Below are positions 51,341 to 63,574 of a stretch of 64,000 nucleotides of DNA, piece by piece. The stretch's first letter is position 1, and each line of letters starts with the position of its first letter. Both the position numbers and the translations under genes were made by a program. The stretch is from Callorhinchus milii. Lineage: Eukaryota. The DNA lies in assembly GCF_018977255.1 (NCBI RefSeq), contig NW_024704743.1, positions 40,178,001-40,242,000 of the forward strand, in the 5' to 3' direction. The notes below the pieces were generated by a model that saw only the letters and a list, made by a program, of their open reading frames with translations, ran no database searches and had not been told where the DNA came from.

Positions 51341-51375
51341 AACTGAAGAAGGGTCGTGGACCCGAAACGTTGACG
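51341..51375 (+). ncRNA. Minimal hammerhead ribozyme motif
   Basis: CTGAAGA-A-GGGTC-GTG-GACCC-GAAA-CGTT-GAC. The 5' arm of stem I is missing. Confidence 0.65.
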
Positions 51376-51475
51376 CACTTTTCTTTCTCCGTAAATGCTG
51401 CCTGACCTGCTGAGATTTCCCAGCGACTTCTGTTTTTGTGTCAGATTTCCAGCATCTGCAGTATTTTCTGTATTG
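51341..51475 (+). mobile_element. Short PLE terminal unit beginning at a hammerhead core
   Basis: Highly similar to the reverse complement of 11808-11932 (gctgcctgacctgctgag..cccagcgacttctgtttttg..agatttccagcatctg). Degenerate direct-repeat flanks at 51317-51340 and 51476-51498. Confidence 0.85.
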
Positions 51476-51787
51476 AATATATTTGTTTTGTTGCTTAGTG
51501 CCATACTCAGTAATATCTGTTGGAAGTAGCTAAGGGATTCCCACAATTGACCTGAGTATTCCAGTGTTATGGAGAAGAAGAAAAAATAGACATACTGGAT
51601 TTCATCTCCAAGTTATAATATATAATAATAAGTTACGTGCATAAGGATGTGAACAGGTTTGAGTCTGAATATCTATCAAGTAACCACACAAACTTCCACT
51701 TTTCAGTCGACATAAGTAGATGTGCTTTAGAGAGGAACTGAAAAATTATCTTCTTGGGAAACAATATACCTGCCAATGAGAAATGTT

Positions 51788-52080
51788 GGGCAAGTTTCCT
51801 TGCTCCACATGTCTCTCTTTTCCTAGCACTAAGTAGGAACTTGGTTGTTAGTCGATGGCCAGATCGCCTTTCCAGGGGTGATAATTCCTTCAAAAATTAA
51901 TAATAAATTGGTCACTCAACCCCGACTGTTTGTGGGACACTGCTGTGTGCAATTGGCTGCCCCGTTTCGCCCAGAAAATATACAGTCAATTCACTTTACA
52001 GTATATTCTGTGAAGCACTTTGAAACATCTCAAAGACATGATAAGGCACTATATCAAATGCAAGGAATATTATTAGTAAT
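51788..52080 (+). mobile_element. tRNA-SINE type B, head missing
   Basis: Starts at gggcaagtttccttgctccaca (CORE-like), followed by the Deu 3' part and tail. Confidence 0.85.
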
Positions 52081-55000
52081 ATTGGATCTTAAACAGATAG
52101 AGATGGAAAAAGAAATACTCCAAGAAAAACAACAACTTCTATGGTTGAGCCTGTGACTCAGTGTGGAGTTTATGCTTGGTTAACTTTGGAAAACAAGGAG
52201 TATTGATGCAAACCCTTTTTGTACAATATAAAGTGGGAGAGTAGAGACTGCAATAAGTTACGTGTGATCTGTGGATGGAGCACATTTGATGGTCTGAATG
52301 GCCTCTTCTAGTTCCGTGCTTTCCCAAATTCTCAAAGTCAAAAATCTTGACTGAACAATTAAATATTCCACACAAATTGTGTTGCAAAGAACCGTATCTT
52401 AGCAACATGTTTGCCATAAGTAGCTCAAGTTGGAGTCTATTGAACCAGTCAGGATTAAAGAAACAATAGAAGAAAGCAAACAGACATTTCCATTTAAGTG
52501 ATTTGCATGCAAATAAAAACACCAGATTATTTATTCAAATATATTTTATTGAAACTGACAGGTTAACTGAAGCTTGGGGCCCAGAGAACAAAGTACAACA
52601 AAAAGAAGTTATACTAATTTACCTTTGTGCATTTTTAGATGACTTCATTCATGTGTATAACTAATTATTTCATCCAAATAAATTCAATTCATATTTTTCC
52701 ACTTGGCTTTCTTGTTGTGACTGTAAATAAACTGGCATTTAATTTTCAACCAATTATTATTTTCAAAATAATGAAATACCGAGTATTAAATGCTTCAGTA
52801 CCTTTGTGTTCAATTCATTTTAGTTCTAACTTTTTTGGATATACTAATTCTTCAAGCAACAATTGAAATGAATAGAAGAATATCTTATCTTAAAGTGTTC
52901 CAAACAATTACAAAGGCTGCGTTGAATTCTTTCATGCCACCTGAAGTGAGAAGTGTATAATTTCTATACAGTCAACTCTTGTTAATCATCCTACATTTGT
53001 TTCTTGTATTCAGTGTACACCTATAGAGAAGTGAACAGTACACTGCAGTTCTGACTTGCTCATCACAAGGCACATACACGGTTTAATGCAATTCTTAGTA
53101 CCATATTGATGGTCAGTAAACAAGGACCGGCTATCAGTATACTTTGTGGGGTTCTTTAGAAACATTTTTGGTTAGATCTCTTGAGTACAATCCCTCTCCC
53201 CTCCCAACATCTATGAACTGCAAAGTACAGTGTGTTAAGATCTGACAGCAGACTTGGCACTCAATAACTGTCAGAGAACAGGCTGTCCCTTCTGTCTAGA
53301 CATGATTCACCACAGGAAGCTGAAGTGAAAGGAGACCACTTTGACAATTAGAACTATGCCCTCTTACCCTCCAGTCCTTTGGTTTGAAGTCATCTCAGTC
53401 TGAGAGGATGGATGATCCTGTGACAGCTGTTGAGAGTCCCAAGTGACAGCTGACCCATTTCTCAGAGAATATGAGTTAAGTATTTTATTGTGTAGCATTA
53501 CCACTGAAACTATGATACTTACAGAACCAGACAAACAGTGATAAGAAGTACTGCTTTGAAACTGAAATAGAGTGACAGGCTTTCTGTTGAACTTAGCAAT
53601 TGAACTGAGTAGATATTATGCAACACGACGTCTGAAATTCTATATTTCGAACTAGTCTCTTCATCAGTGACCTTGAAGGTTTCGATGACTGACTGCAATG
53701 TGAACAGAGATTTGTTATTATCTGTTATGACTACCTTTGAATAATTGCATACACAGAACAATTATGAAACATATCTGTATTAATATTAGACCATCTGTCG
53801 CTAGCATTTATTGGCAGGTCTCAATACTTTAAAATGGAAAAATATTCAGAATTTATATTTTCTTAAAATTCAGTTACCCTTATTGTAATTTTGAATATAG
53901 GTAAATCACAGACTACAATATATTAAACATTGTTTTAACTCAAGACATTGTAGGAAATTGTACTGTAATTTGATAAATGATCATGATAATGTCTATCACA
54001 GTATTAACTGACTGCAGCGATCACAATGTGCATTAGTTTCAAACATAGTTTGAGCTGTACAATCCGATCCAAAAACTGCAAAATATGTTAGATTCTGACA
54101 GATGTGTCAAATCTAGATGTTTATGCCAAATTTTGCTCCATTTCTTAGCAGATTTCTTAATAAGAAATGTTCAAATATAAAATTTCCAAATGATTTCATC
54201 TGCTAAGGAGTGTATTCAATACTGATTTAGTACCATCTTTAGGATATTCAGCCTTTTTTTTAGAAATTTGATAATTAAACTTTTCCTATTAAGAAATCTA
54301 TTCAGCAGTACTACAGATCAGTCCCCATAATTGCAGCGCAGGGGATCACAGTGCCCATCAAGCTGCATTTTCTTGCCAAATTCTCTATTGGGCCATCAAC
54401 TTTATCCCCAATTTTGTGATCTTTCCCCAGATCCTTTTATTTTGCTACTCAACAGATACTTATACATTTTAAAAAAATATATTGGCTTAGACATTACTTC
54501 AACAGTCATTTATGGCTAAGCATTCCATGTCCTAATAACCCTCTGCCTGAAATAAATTCTTCCAACCTCCTCTTCAAGTTCTGCACGTCCAGTTTCTTCG
54601 GAAGTCCTCCCGACGTGAAAGGTGCTTTACAAATGTCATTTTGTTCTTGTTGTTGCAATGTTGATAATCTTTATATAGGGGTAAGTGGAACAAACGCTTA
54701 CATTCGTCCCCTCTTGATTTCTCCTTGCTCAGAGTAGTTTATCTTAAAAACTCTATTATGCCATTATAAATATACCCTGCACTGGAGACTGTCTATAGAA
54801 AGTCTGAGTTTTCAAGTGGTGAAGCTCAGAATAGATGGAAGTAATTCTCTGAAGTCCAGATTAGTCCTACATACCGTCGGGGTCGGGCCATCAGCCTCTT
54901 TACGCCCACCATTTGGAACTCTATCCCAAATTTCCTTCTGCTTGCTCCCACCATTGCTTCCTTCAAGGCACGTCTCAAGACTCTCCTCTTTGACCGCGCC

Positions 55001-55159
55001 TTCGACCACCCTCCTACCCCTACCCTCCACCCTCCCTGATCCCAGCACCCATTGATAAAATGTATTTATAATAGCCCCATTGTTATCAGAGTAGAGAATC
55101 AATGTTGAAAAGAATGAACAATTGATACATGGATAAACCAAGCAAATATGACTGATTAT

Positions 55160-55340
55160 ATAAGAACATAAGAACATAAGAATTAGGAGCAGGAGTAGGC
55201 CATTCGGCTCCTCGAGCCTGCCCCGCTGTTCGATAAGATCATGGCTGATTTACTGACCTAACTCTAATTACCTGTCCTATCCCCATATCCTCTAATCCCT
55301 CTATTTTTTAAAAGTGTATCAGTCTCAGCCTTGAAAATAT
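55160..55340 (-). mobile_element. CR1 LINE 3' end
   Basis: (AAGAACAT)n octamer tail followed by aggagcaggagtaggccattcggctcctcgagcctg. Confidence 0.85.
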
Positions 55341-55760
55341 TTGCAGTTGATTGTAAAATGGGTACAATTTGTGTACAATCTACACTCAGCATTGATGTTA
55401 ACTAAACAAACCATGGATGTACCTTTTCCTTCTTTGTTCAAAATTTGTCTCAGACACTTTTGAGATGTGTGTATAAGTCAACCATTCATTGATTAAAATT
55501 TGCAATATTTTTTTCAAATTTCTCAGTTTCAAACAATTTCATGTATCGTTCAACCTAACACAGTTGTATACAAAATATATTGTATTTGAAACTGCGGAAT
55601 GATTTGTTGAAGGTGATTTACAGAAAATGCAGAGGGAAATCAGTGTGATTTGTTAATTAGGACTTTGCAGCTGTTGTACACAACCTTGTGGTTTGGGGGA
55701 ACACTGGGCTTTTGAATTGTATGACTGGTCAAACCCACCTGCTATAACTTGACCATAACT

Positions 55761-56797
55761 TGCCATCATCCGCAGACATGGGGTTAACTTCCACATGTAT
55801 GTGGATGACACGCAACTCTACCTCTCCTCCTCTACCCTCAACTCCACGACCACCGATGTCCTGACAGCCTGCCTGTCCGACATCGAGTCCTGGACGAGAG
55901 ACAACTTTCTTCAGCTCAACGTGCGCAAAACTGAGGCCCTCCTGATTGGCTCACGTCAGCGCCTCCGCACCTCAGGCGCTGACAGCATCAGCATCCAAGG
56001 CTGCACTCTCCACCTCTCAAAGCCAGTCAGGAACCTCGGGGTTCTGTTCGACCCTGAGCTGTCCTTTTTCCCTCATATCCGCACCACAACTGGCACCGCC
56101 TTCCATCACCTCCGGAATGTCGCCAGACTACGGCACTACCTCACCCCTCACGCTGCTGAAACCCTGGTCCACACCTTTATCACCTCAAGGCTGGACTATG
56201 GGAACTCTCTCCTCGCCGGCCTTCCCGGCACCTCCCTCCACAAGCTGCAGGTCATTCAGAACTCTGCAGCTCATGTACTGTCCCGCACCAGGCTTCGGGA
56301 CCACATCACTCCCACCCTCGCTCGCCTCCACTGGCTCCCCATCCCCCAGAGGATCGAATTCAAGATCCTCATCCTCACCTACAAGGCCATTCACGGCCTT
56401 GCTCCCTCCTACCTCTCCGACCTACTATCCCCCTACCTACCTGCCCGTACCCTCCGTTCCTCTGGCTCCGGTCTGCTCCACATCCCCCGCCCCAACCGCC
56501 CTACCATCGGTGGCCGGGCCTTCAGCCTCTCAGCCCCTAGGCTCTGGAACTCCATCCCCCAGTGCCTTCAACGCCTCCTCCCTTTCCTCCTTCAAGGCCG
56601 GTCTCAAGACCTTTCTCTTCGACAGTGCCTTCAGCTCCCCTCTCGACTCTCTACCCCCTCCTCGCTCCCTCCCTTCCCTCCCCTCACCCTGACCTTTCCT
56701 CCCTGCTCGGGTCCTGACCCAACTGTACAGCGCCTTGGGACATCCTCCCGACGTGAAAGGCGCTCTATAAATGAAATCTTGTTTTTGTTGTTGTTGA
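55761..56797 (+). mobile_element. Young L2 LINE, 5'-truncated (RT motif C to 3' end)
   Basis: Open frame FHMYVDDTQLY..NFLQLNVRKTE..VRNLGVLFD..SRLDYGNSLL..LHWLPIPQRIEFKIL..LWNSIP. One frameshift near 56570. CpG-rich, with an intact stem-loop and (TTG)n. Confidence 0.96.
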
Positions 56798-57329
56798 GGT
56801 GAAAGGACTAGTGGAATGATAAAAAAATAAATTTGCGATGTCGTGTCAGTGAGACATACTTATCTTATTGTCAATAGGAATGGCAGGAATGGAGAGTAAT
56901 TTTGTATTGTATTGTATTTATTTGGATTACGATACTTTGGATGGATAATTCCTCCACCTTGCAACCTCCTTGCCCAACTTCATATCGCATCTGAAGACCT
57001 TTCACTTTGACTGTACCTATGGTCACTTCCCCTGTCTCTCAGGTTCAATATCAAGCTCTGCAACTATTAAGTGCTTCAAGAAGCTACTCACACAAAGGGC
57101 GCTATATAAATGTTACATTCTTTTTCAAATTTCTCAGTTTCAAACAATTTCACACAGTTGTATACTATTGTCCTTGCGAGTTAATCAGAATTTCACATTT
57201 TGTAAGATCCTGGCAAATCCCAAATAAGAGGGGATCCATGTTAAATAAGAACATCTATTTTATTTTTCAGTCAATCAGACATGCCCCAAAAATTTTATTC
57301 ACCAAAGATGCAGTAATGAAGCAAATGGC

Positions 57330-57772
57330 AATAATAATAAGATTTACATTTGATATAGCACCTTTCACATCTGGTGGATTTCCCAAAGTGAATCACAGGG
57401 TATACTGTTAAGTGGAGTGACTGTGCGATTTATGAGTGAGCATAGCAGCCAATTTCTCACACAGCATTGTCCCACGAACAGCCATGGATTGAATGACTAA
57501 TTTTAGTTTGAGAGTTTTGTTGGCTAGGATATTGGGAGAGGCTCTCTTCTATTTCATAGTGCCATGGAATCTTTAACATCCACCTGAATAGACAGATGGG
57601 ACCTTGATTTAACATCTCATCCAAAGAACGACACCTCCAACAATGTAGCCTATCCCAGCATTGCATTGGGAGTGTCAGCTCAGACTATATGAGTTTCAAA
57701 TCCCGGTGTGAGGCTTGAACCTACAACCTTCTGACTCAGAAGCGAGAGTGCTATCAACTGGGCTAGCCTGAC
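57330..57772 (-). mobile_element. DeuSINE-like SINE (type C), full length
   Basis: Minus head ..cagttgatagcactctcgcttctgagtcagaaggttgtaggttcaagcc, then a complete Deu body and tail. Confidence 0.88.
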
Positions 57773-57816
57773 CCATGTTGTTTCCTTTTTGTTTGACAGC
57801 CACATTCTGACACATG

Positions 57817-58390
57817 CAACAACAACAAGATTCAATTTATAGAGCGCCTTTCACGTCAGGAGGACGTCCCAAGGCGCTGTACAGTTGGGTCATGACCCGA
57901 GCAGGGGGGAAATGGTCAGGGTGAGGGGAGGGAAGGGAGGGAGAGAGGAGGGGGAAATGGTCAGGGTGAGGGGAGGGAAGGGAGGGAGCGAGGAGGAGGA
58001 AGAGAGTCGAGAGGGGAGCTGAAGGCACGGTCAAAGAGAAAGGTTTTGAGACCGGCCTTGAAGGAGGAAAGGGGAGGAAGCAAGGCGAAGGCACTGGGGA
58101 TGGAGTTCCAGAGCCTGGGGGCTGAGAGGCTGAAGGCCCGACCACCGATAGTAGGGCGGTTGGGGCGGGGGACGTGGAGCAGACCGGAGCCAGAGGAACG
58201 GAGGGTACGGGCAGGTAGGTAGGGGGATAGTAGGTTGGAGAGGTAGGAGGGAGCAAGGCCGTGAATGGCCTTGTAGGTGAGGATGAGGATCTTGAAATCA
58301 ATCCTCTGGGGGATGGGGAGCCAGTGGAGGCGAGCGAGGGTGGGAGTGATGTGATCGCGAAGCCTGGTGCGGGACAGTACACGAGCTGCA
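57817..58390 (-). mobile_element. Young L2 LINE 3' portion, inverted relative to 55761-56797
   Basis: Nearly the same sequence as 56264-56797 (compare ORFs 55946-56692 and 57837-58382). Has a tandem duplication of about 45 nt in the 3' UTR. Confidence 0.95.
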
Positions 58391-58837
58391 GAAAATCATC
58401 AGTGTCTTAAACAGTCTCTAAAACAAATTATTGAGCATTCCACAAGCTGTATGCATGGCTTCCACCTGTTCGGTCTGGAGTGCACAGTCTCTCTACAGAG
58501 GGGCACAATTTACTTCACTAATCTTGGAGACATTAGGGCAGGTTGGCAAGAGCCAAGACTTGGGGAACTACAGTGTGCTTTGGGGTAATCCGCTGACACG
58601 TTGCAGCTTACTATTGCTAACATTTCTATTGGTTATAGAAAGCCAATTCGAGTAACAGAATCAATCTCTGAAAAACTCTTATCAAACCTTCCTGGAATAT
58701 ACATAAAATAAAAAATACAATGTTATTCTTATGTGTGATGGACACATGTGCAAAAAGAGGTGGTTGCTTTAATAGGTCGACTTTATAAGCACCATGGCAC
58801 AATAACCAAAACTTTGGGAAGCTTCTCTTCAATTTCA

Positions 58838-61075
58838 GCAACAACAACAACAAAATTACATTTGTATAGCACCTTTCACATTGGGAGGATGTCCCAAGGT
58901 TCTGCACAATGAATGTTTCGGATCCAAGTTGGGCGGTCGGGTTTGGGGAGGTTGGAGGGCAGGGGGTGATGGAGGGTGATCAAAGGCATGGTCGAAGAGA
59001 AGGGTCTTGAGATGGGTCTTGAAAAAGGCAAGGGATGAGGCGAGGCGGAGAGACTGTGGGATGGAGTTGCAGAGGGTGGGGGCAGAGTGGTTGAAGGCCC
59101 ACCCACCAGTGGTGGAGCGGGCGAGGCGGGGGACGTGAAGAAGACCGGAGCCCGATGAGCGGAAGGAGTGGGCAGGTTGATAGGGAGTTAGGAGGTCTCA
59201 CAGGTAGGGGGGGAGCAAGGCCATGGAGGAATTTGAAGGTAAGGACCAGGAATTTGAACTGTGATGGGAAGCCAGTGGAGTTGGGCGGGGATAGGGTTGA
59301 TAGGGTCATGGAACCTGCTAAGGGGAGGACATGGGCTGCAGAGTTCTGGAAGATTTGCAGCCTATTGAGGGAGGAGTAGGGGAAGGCGACAAGCAAGGAG
59401 TTTGAATAATCAAGCCTGCATGTTATGAATGCATGTATGAGGGTTTCGGCAGCCTGCGGTTTGAGACAGTGGTGGAGCCGGGTAATGTTACTGAGGTGGG
59501 GGAAGACAGAGCGGGTCATGGCACGGATGTGGGATAAAAAGGATAGTTGAGGGTCAAACAAAATGCCAAGTTTCCGGACTGGCTTAGCAAGGTGGAGTGT
59601 GCATCCTTGAATGGTGATGCTGTCAGCGCCTGAGGTGAGGAGGTGCTGACGGGAGCCAATCAGTAGAGCCTCGGTCTTGTTGACATTCAACTGAACAAAG
59701 TTAGCTCTCATCCAGGACTTGATGTCTAACAGACATTCTGTCAGGACAACAGTGGTCCTGGAGTCAAGGATGGATGCAGAGAGATAGAGTTGGGTGCCAC
59801 CTGCATACATGTAGAAGTCAGCTTAGTAAGGTGGTGTGTGCATCCTTGGATGGAGATGCTGTCAGTGCCTGAGTTGTGGAGGCGCTAATGGGAGCCATTC
59901 AGGACAGCAGTGGTCCTAGAGTCGAGAGTGGAGCCAGAGAGATAGAGTTGGGTGCCGTCTGCATATATGTGGAAGTCGACCCCATGTCTTCGGATCAGGT
60001 CACCAAGAGGGAGCAAATAAATATTGAAAAGGAGGGAACCAAGGGGAGAGTGCGGGTGCTAAAAGAGAAGTCATTTGTGGAGATGAAGTGGTGGCAGTGT
60101 TAGAGGTAGGATCTGAATCTCGGGTCCTGACCCAACTGTCCAGCGCCTTGGGACATCCTCCCGACGTGAAAGGCGCTCTATAAATGGAATCTTGTTGTTG
60201 TTGTTGTTGTTGAACCAGTCAAGGGCAGTACCAATGATTGAGTTGAGAGGAGAGGTAGTGGAGGAGTATAGAGTGGTCAACAGTATCGAAGGCAGCAGAG
60301 AAGTTATGGAGGACGAGGAAGCAGAGGGAGCAGATGGACAAAATTTCATTAGTCACTTTGACCAGGGCTGTTTCAGTGCTGTGGGTGGCATGAAAACCTA
60401 ATTGGAGAGTTTTGTGAAGGTAGTTGCGGGAGTGGAAGCAGCGAACTGGGAAGCAACGACTCATTCCAGGACCTTGGAAAGGAAATGGAGATTGGAGATG
60501 CGGCGGTAGTTTGAGAGCAGGGATGGGTCCAGGGTGGGATTTTTCAGGATAGGAGTGATGATGGCCGTTTTTAAAGGAGTCGGAATGGTGCCAGTGGACA
60601 GTGAGAGATTTATGATGTAGAGGAGCAAGGAGGTGGAGCTGGGAGGTAAAGAGAGTAGTGGACGGGTTCGAGGAAGCAGCTGGTTGGTTTCATGCGGGTT
60701 TTAGTGGTGGTGAGAGAGGAGGGGGAGATAGGTTCGAAGGTGTGTAGGGAGGCATGGGTAGAGTCTGGGGTGTGAGGCGGAGATGGGGATGGAGCAGTAG
60801 ACGGAAGGGCAGAGGCAATTGAGTGGATCCCTTGACTTTGGTTTCAAGGAAGTCCAGCAATACTTCGCAGTTGGCATTGGAGGAGAGGATAGGCGGGGCG
60901 GGCATATGAGCCAGTTGGTGACAGAGAAGAGGAGCCTTGTGTTGTCCTTGCCTCCAAGATTGTCTTGGAGTAGAACGACGATTTATCGACGGAGGGATCG
61001 GAGCGGTAAGCAATTGTGTTGCATTTAAAGCGCGGAACCTCTTCACGACTTGTGCCCAGTTGACGTAAACTCATA
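58838..61075 (-). mobile_element. L2 LINE, about 2.2 kb, degenerate/composite
   Basis: ORF 58980-59810 (YAGGTQLY..RLDYSNSLL). RT N-terminal QLGFHATHSTETALVKVTN..AAFDTVDH at 60219-60464. Linker peptides to about 61070. The RT motif-C region occurs twice. Confidence 0.9.
60119..60210 (+). mobile_element. Extremely truncated young L2 tail inserted antisense into the older L2
   Basis: Near-identical to 56706-56797. Splits the host sequence gaggtaggat-tgaa-ccagtc, with TGAA on both sides. Confidence 0.88.
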
Positions 61076-61567
61076 ATTTGTGACTTCCTTTATTGTTTAT
61101 TAACATGTAACAATATGTTGCCCATCGTGAACCACAAAAAATGTTCATTGCTGCCTTTATCAGCAGTGTTTATGTTGCCATTGGAGATGATGCCTTGGAA
61201 GCCTCAGTAATTGAGTTTTGAACCTCCCAGCGGTAGGAGCATCCCCTAATTTACTGTACAGGCTGCTGCCAAAACAGCTGATAATTCTGGCAATGCTTTA
61301 AGATAAAGTAGCTTTTTGTTGAATTCGATTTATAAATTCATAGTACAACGTATTACAATACATGCGCCACATAATTTAGACTTTGGTATTCTCTGTAATT
61401 TCACTTACAATTTAAAATATTTCATCAATGTAAGAAAAAAAAGCATTTCTTAGGTAAGGATATATTCTAACGTTGTCCTATTCCGTCAATTGCCCTCATT
61501 TTTATGATCAGATTTAAGGTAAAAATGTATAAAACGCATTACACTCCATACCAAACTCTAATTGTGT

Positions 61568-62006
61568 GGCAGCCTGGCTCAGCCTTAGCACTTTTGCCTC
61601 TGAGTCAGAAGGTTATACATTCAAGACCCACATTAGGACTTGGAATCACATATTCTAAGCTGACTCCCCAATGCAATGATGAGGGAATTTGCACTGTTGG
61701 AGGGGCCGTCCTTCAGATGAGATGTTAAACCGAGGTCCCGTCTGTCTGTTCAGGTGGATATTAAATATCCCATGGCACTGTTTGTAAAGAGAAAAGAGAT
61801 TCTCTCAGTATCCTGGCCAACGATCCACCAAATGAAATTGGTCAGTCATTCCATGGCTGTTTGTAGGACACTGCTGTGCACAACTGCCTGCCTAGTGTCG
61901 GCCAGAAAATACAGTCAATTCGTTTTACAGTGTAACATGTGAAGCCCTTTGAGATGTCTCAATGACGTGATAAGGGGCTACATCAAATGCAAGGATTATT
62001 ATTATA
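61568..62006 (+). mobile_element. DeuSINE-like SINE (type C), full length
   Basis: cagcctggctcag..gcctctgagtcagaagg head; gcactgttggaggggccgtccttcagatgagatgttaaaccgagg..caggtggatattaaatatcccatggcact body; (ATT)n tail. Confidence 0.9.
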
Positions 62007-62059
62007 TACATAGCAACTTTCATTGAAAAAACACCATTCACATAGAATAGCGTCTCGGA

Positions 62060-62480
62060 ATGGTTTATGATGGTGGGGTTAATGCAAGCAGAGAGGAAGG
62101 GAGAGAGGGGCTGTGGAGGTGACCATAGCCATAAATTGATGAGGTAGGTTTTAAACTAGAGCTTGAAGAAATCCAGAGAGGTCTGAGGTGGAGGGGTAGA
62201 GGGAGGGAGTTCTCGAGGTTAGGTGTAAAGAAAGCTCAGACACTGATGATAGAGCATGGTAAACACAGTCAGCCCTATTTAGCTGAGCAGAGAAGTCAAG
62301 CAGAGGAATAGGGTAGGAGGAGATCAGAGAGATAGGAAAGTGCTCAGGGAAGTAGGGATTTATAGGTGAGGATAAGAAACGTGAAATTGGTCTGCTGAGA
62401 GACTGGGAGCCAGTGAAGCCTAGCAAGGACTGGGGGTGATGGATAAGCAAGTGTGGTGCATGTGAAGATATGGGCAGTGG
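62060..62480 (-). mobile_element. L2 LINE fragment, old
   Basis: Degenerate ITPSPC*ASLAP / FTGSQSLSR frames corresponding to the LHWLP region. Confidence 0.65.
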
Positions 62481-62939
62481 ATCTACATGCTACAAGGTAT
62501 AAACAAGGATTACAGATATAAATACTATTATTATTTTACATCTTTTTCCACTTTGCTTTAAAAAACAAGGACTTCAGTAACCAAGTCTCATTAAAGAACT
62601 GACTTCTGTCCTTTGGGATGAACTCAATAATGGAAAAGTTATTTCTGTGCATATCTATTGATCAAACAGAAAGACAGAAACAATTCTGGTTTCAATCAGG
62701 TAGAAGAGAGAAAAAATTAGAATCTACTTGCAGATAATGTGCTATTGGTTTGTTTGCCATTTTCATTTTCAATGATTAATGAACGCAGAAGCTGAGATTG
62801 ATTCAACTAGCCACAGATAATGTTAGGAAACAAACAGAAATTGCTGCACTATGATATTCATATACATAGGTTCACTCTTTTGTTATTGATGGTGCATAGA
62901 CACTTGATCGGAAAATCAATACAATCATGCAATCTTTTA

Positions 62940-63470
62940 GTGGTAGGAAAATTCCAGTGGTCCATAAAGAAATCATTCATGATTACTGGCTGTCGTTCAT
63001 CACTTTCTCCAGGAATGTATGGCAACATTTTGCTTAGCATTCCAGGATAATTCTTTGGCCTTCACATTTCTATTTTCATTCTTAAAAGCAAAGTAGAAAA
63101 GTCTGTTCAATGATGTAATTCTAACAAAAGTACCTGAGTGTCTGGCATTCCCAAATGCTTTTCAGAAAAATGCAGTCCCCCAATGCAGAACCCCCACCAC
63201 TTAATACACCCCTCTTTTGGTCGTGCTTTCCTAACAATGATTTTTGCTTCCTTCAGTTCAATGAATTTGAAATCAAAGTCAATGTGTTGCCCTTGACACC
63301 CAGTATTATCAATAGTGAAGGAGTCTTCCATGTGGTACTTTGATAAAACGGCTTTGAAGATTTAATTCACAATGTATAGTGAAGGAATCTTCCATGTGGT
63401 ACTTTGATAAAACGGTTTTGAAGATCTTAATTCACAATGTCTTAGGTCTTTAGTCAAGTTGGGGTGTCAT
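62940..63470 (-). mobile_element. CR1 LINE RT fragment, highly degenerate
   Basis: Minus frames give ..KVPHGRLLH.. (cf. AFDKVPHxRLL), GVKGNTLTLISNSLN*RKQ and GSALG (cf. PQGSVLGP). Confidence 0.65.
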
Positions 63471-63574
63471 CTCCTCACACAAGCCTACGAGGCATTGGTC
63501 AAACAAGAAGGAGCGTATAGATGTTTAAGAGGATTGGTTAGACAAGAGAGAGCGTATAGATATTGAAGAATGCT

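Noticed and set aside
55795..56802. 335-aa ORF as a functional gene
   Set aside because: It is a 5'-truncated L2 ORF2 lacking the endonuclease and most of the RT, with a C-terminal frameshift.
63107..63331. Possible transposase or exon ORF
   Set aside because: Other frames match CR1 RT motifs (KVPHGRLL, GSALG), so it is a decayed LINE.
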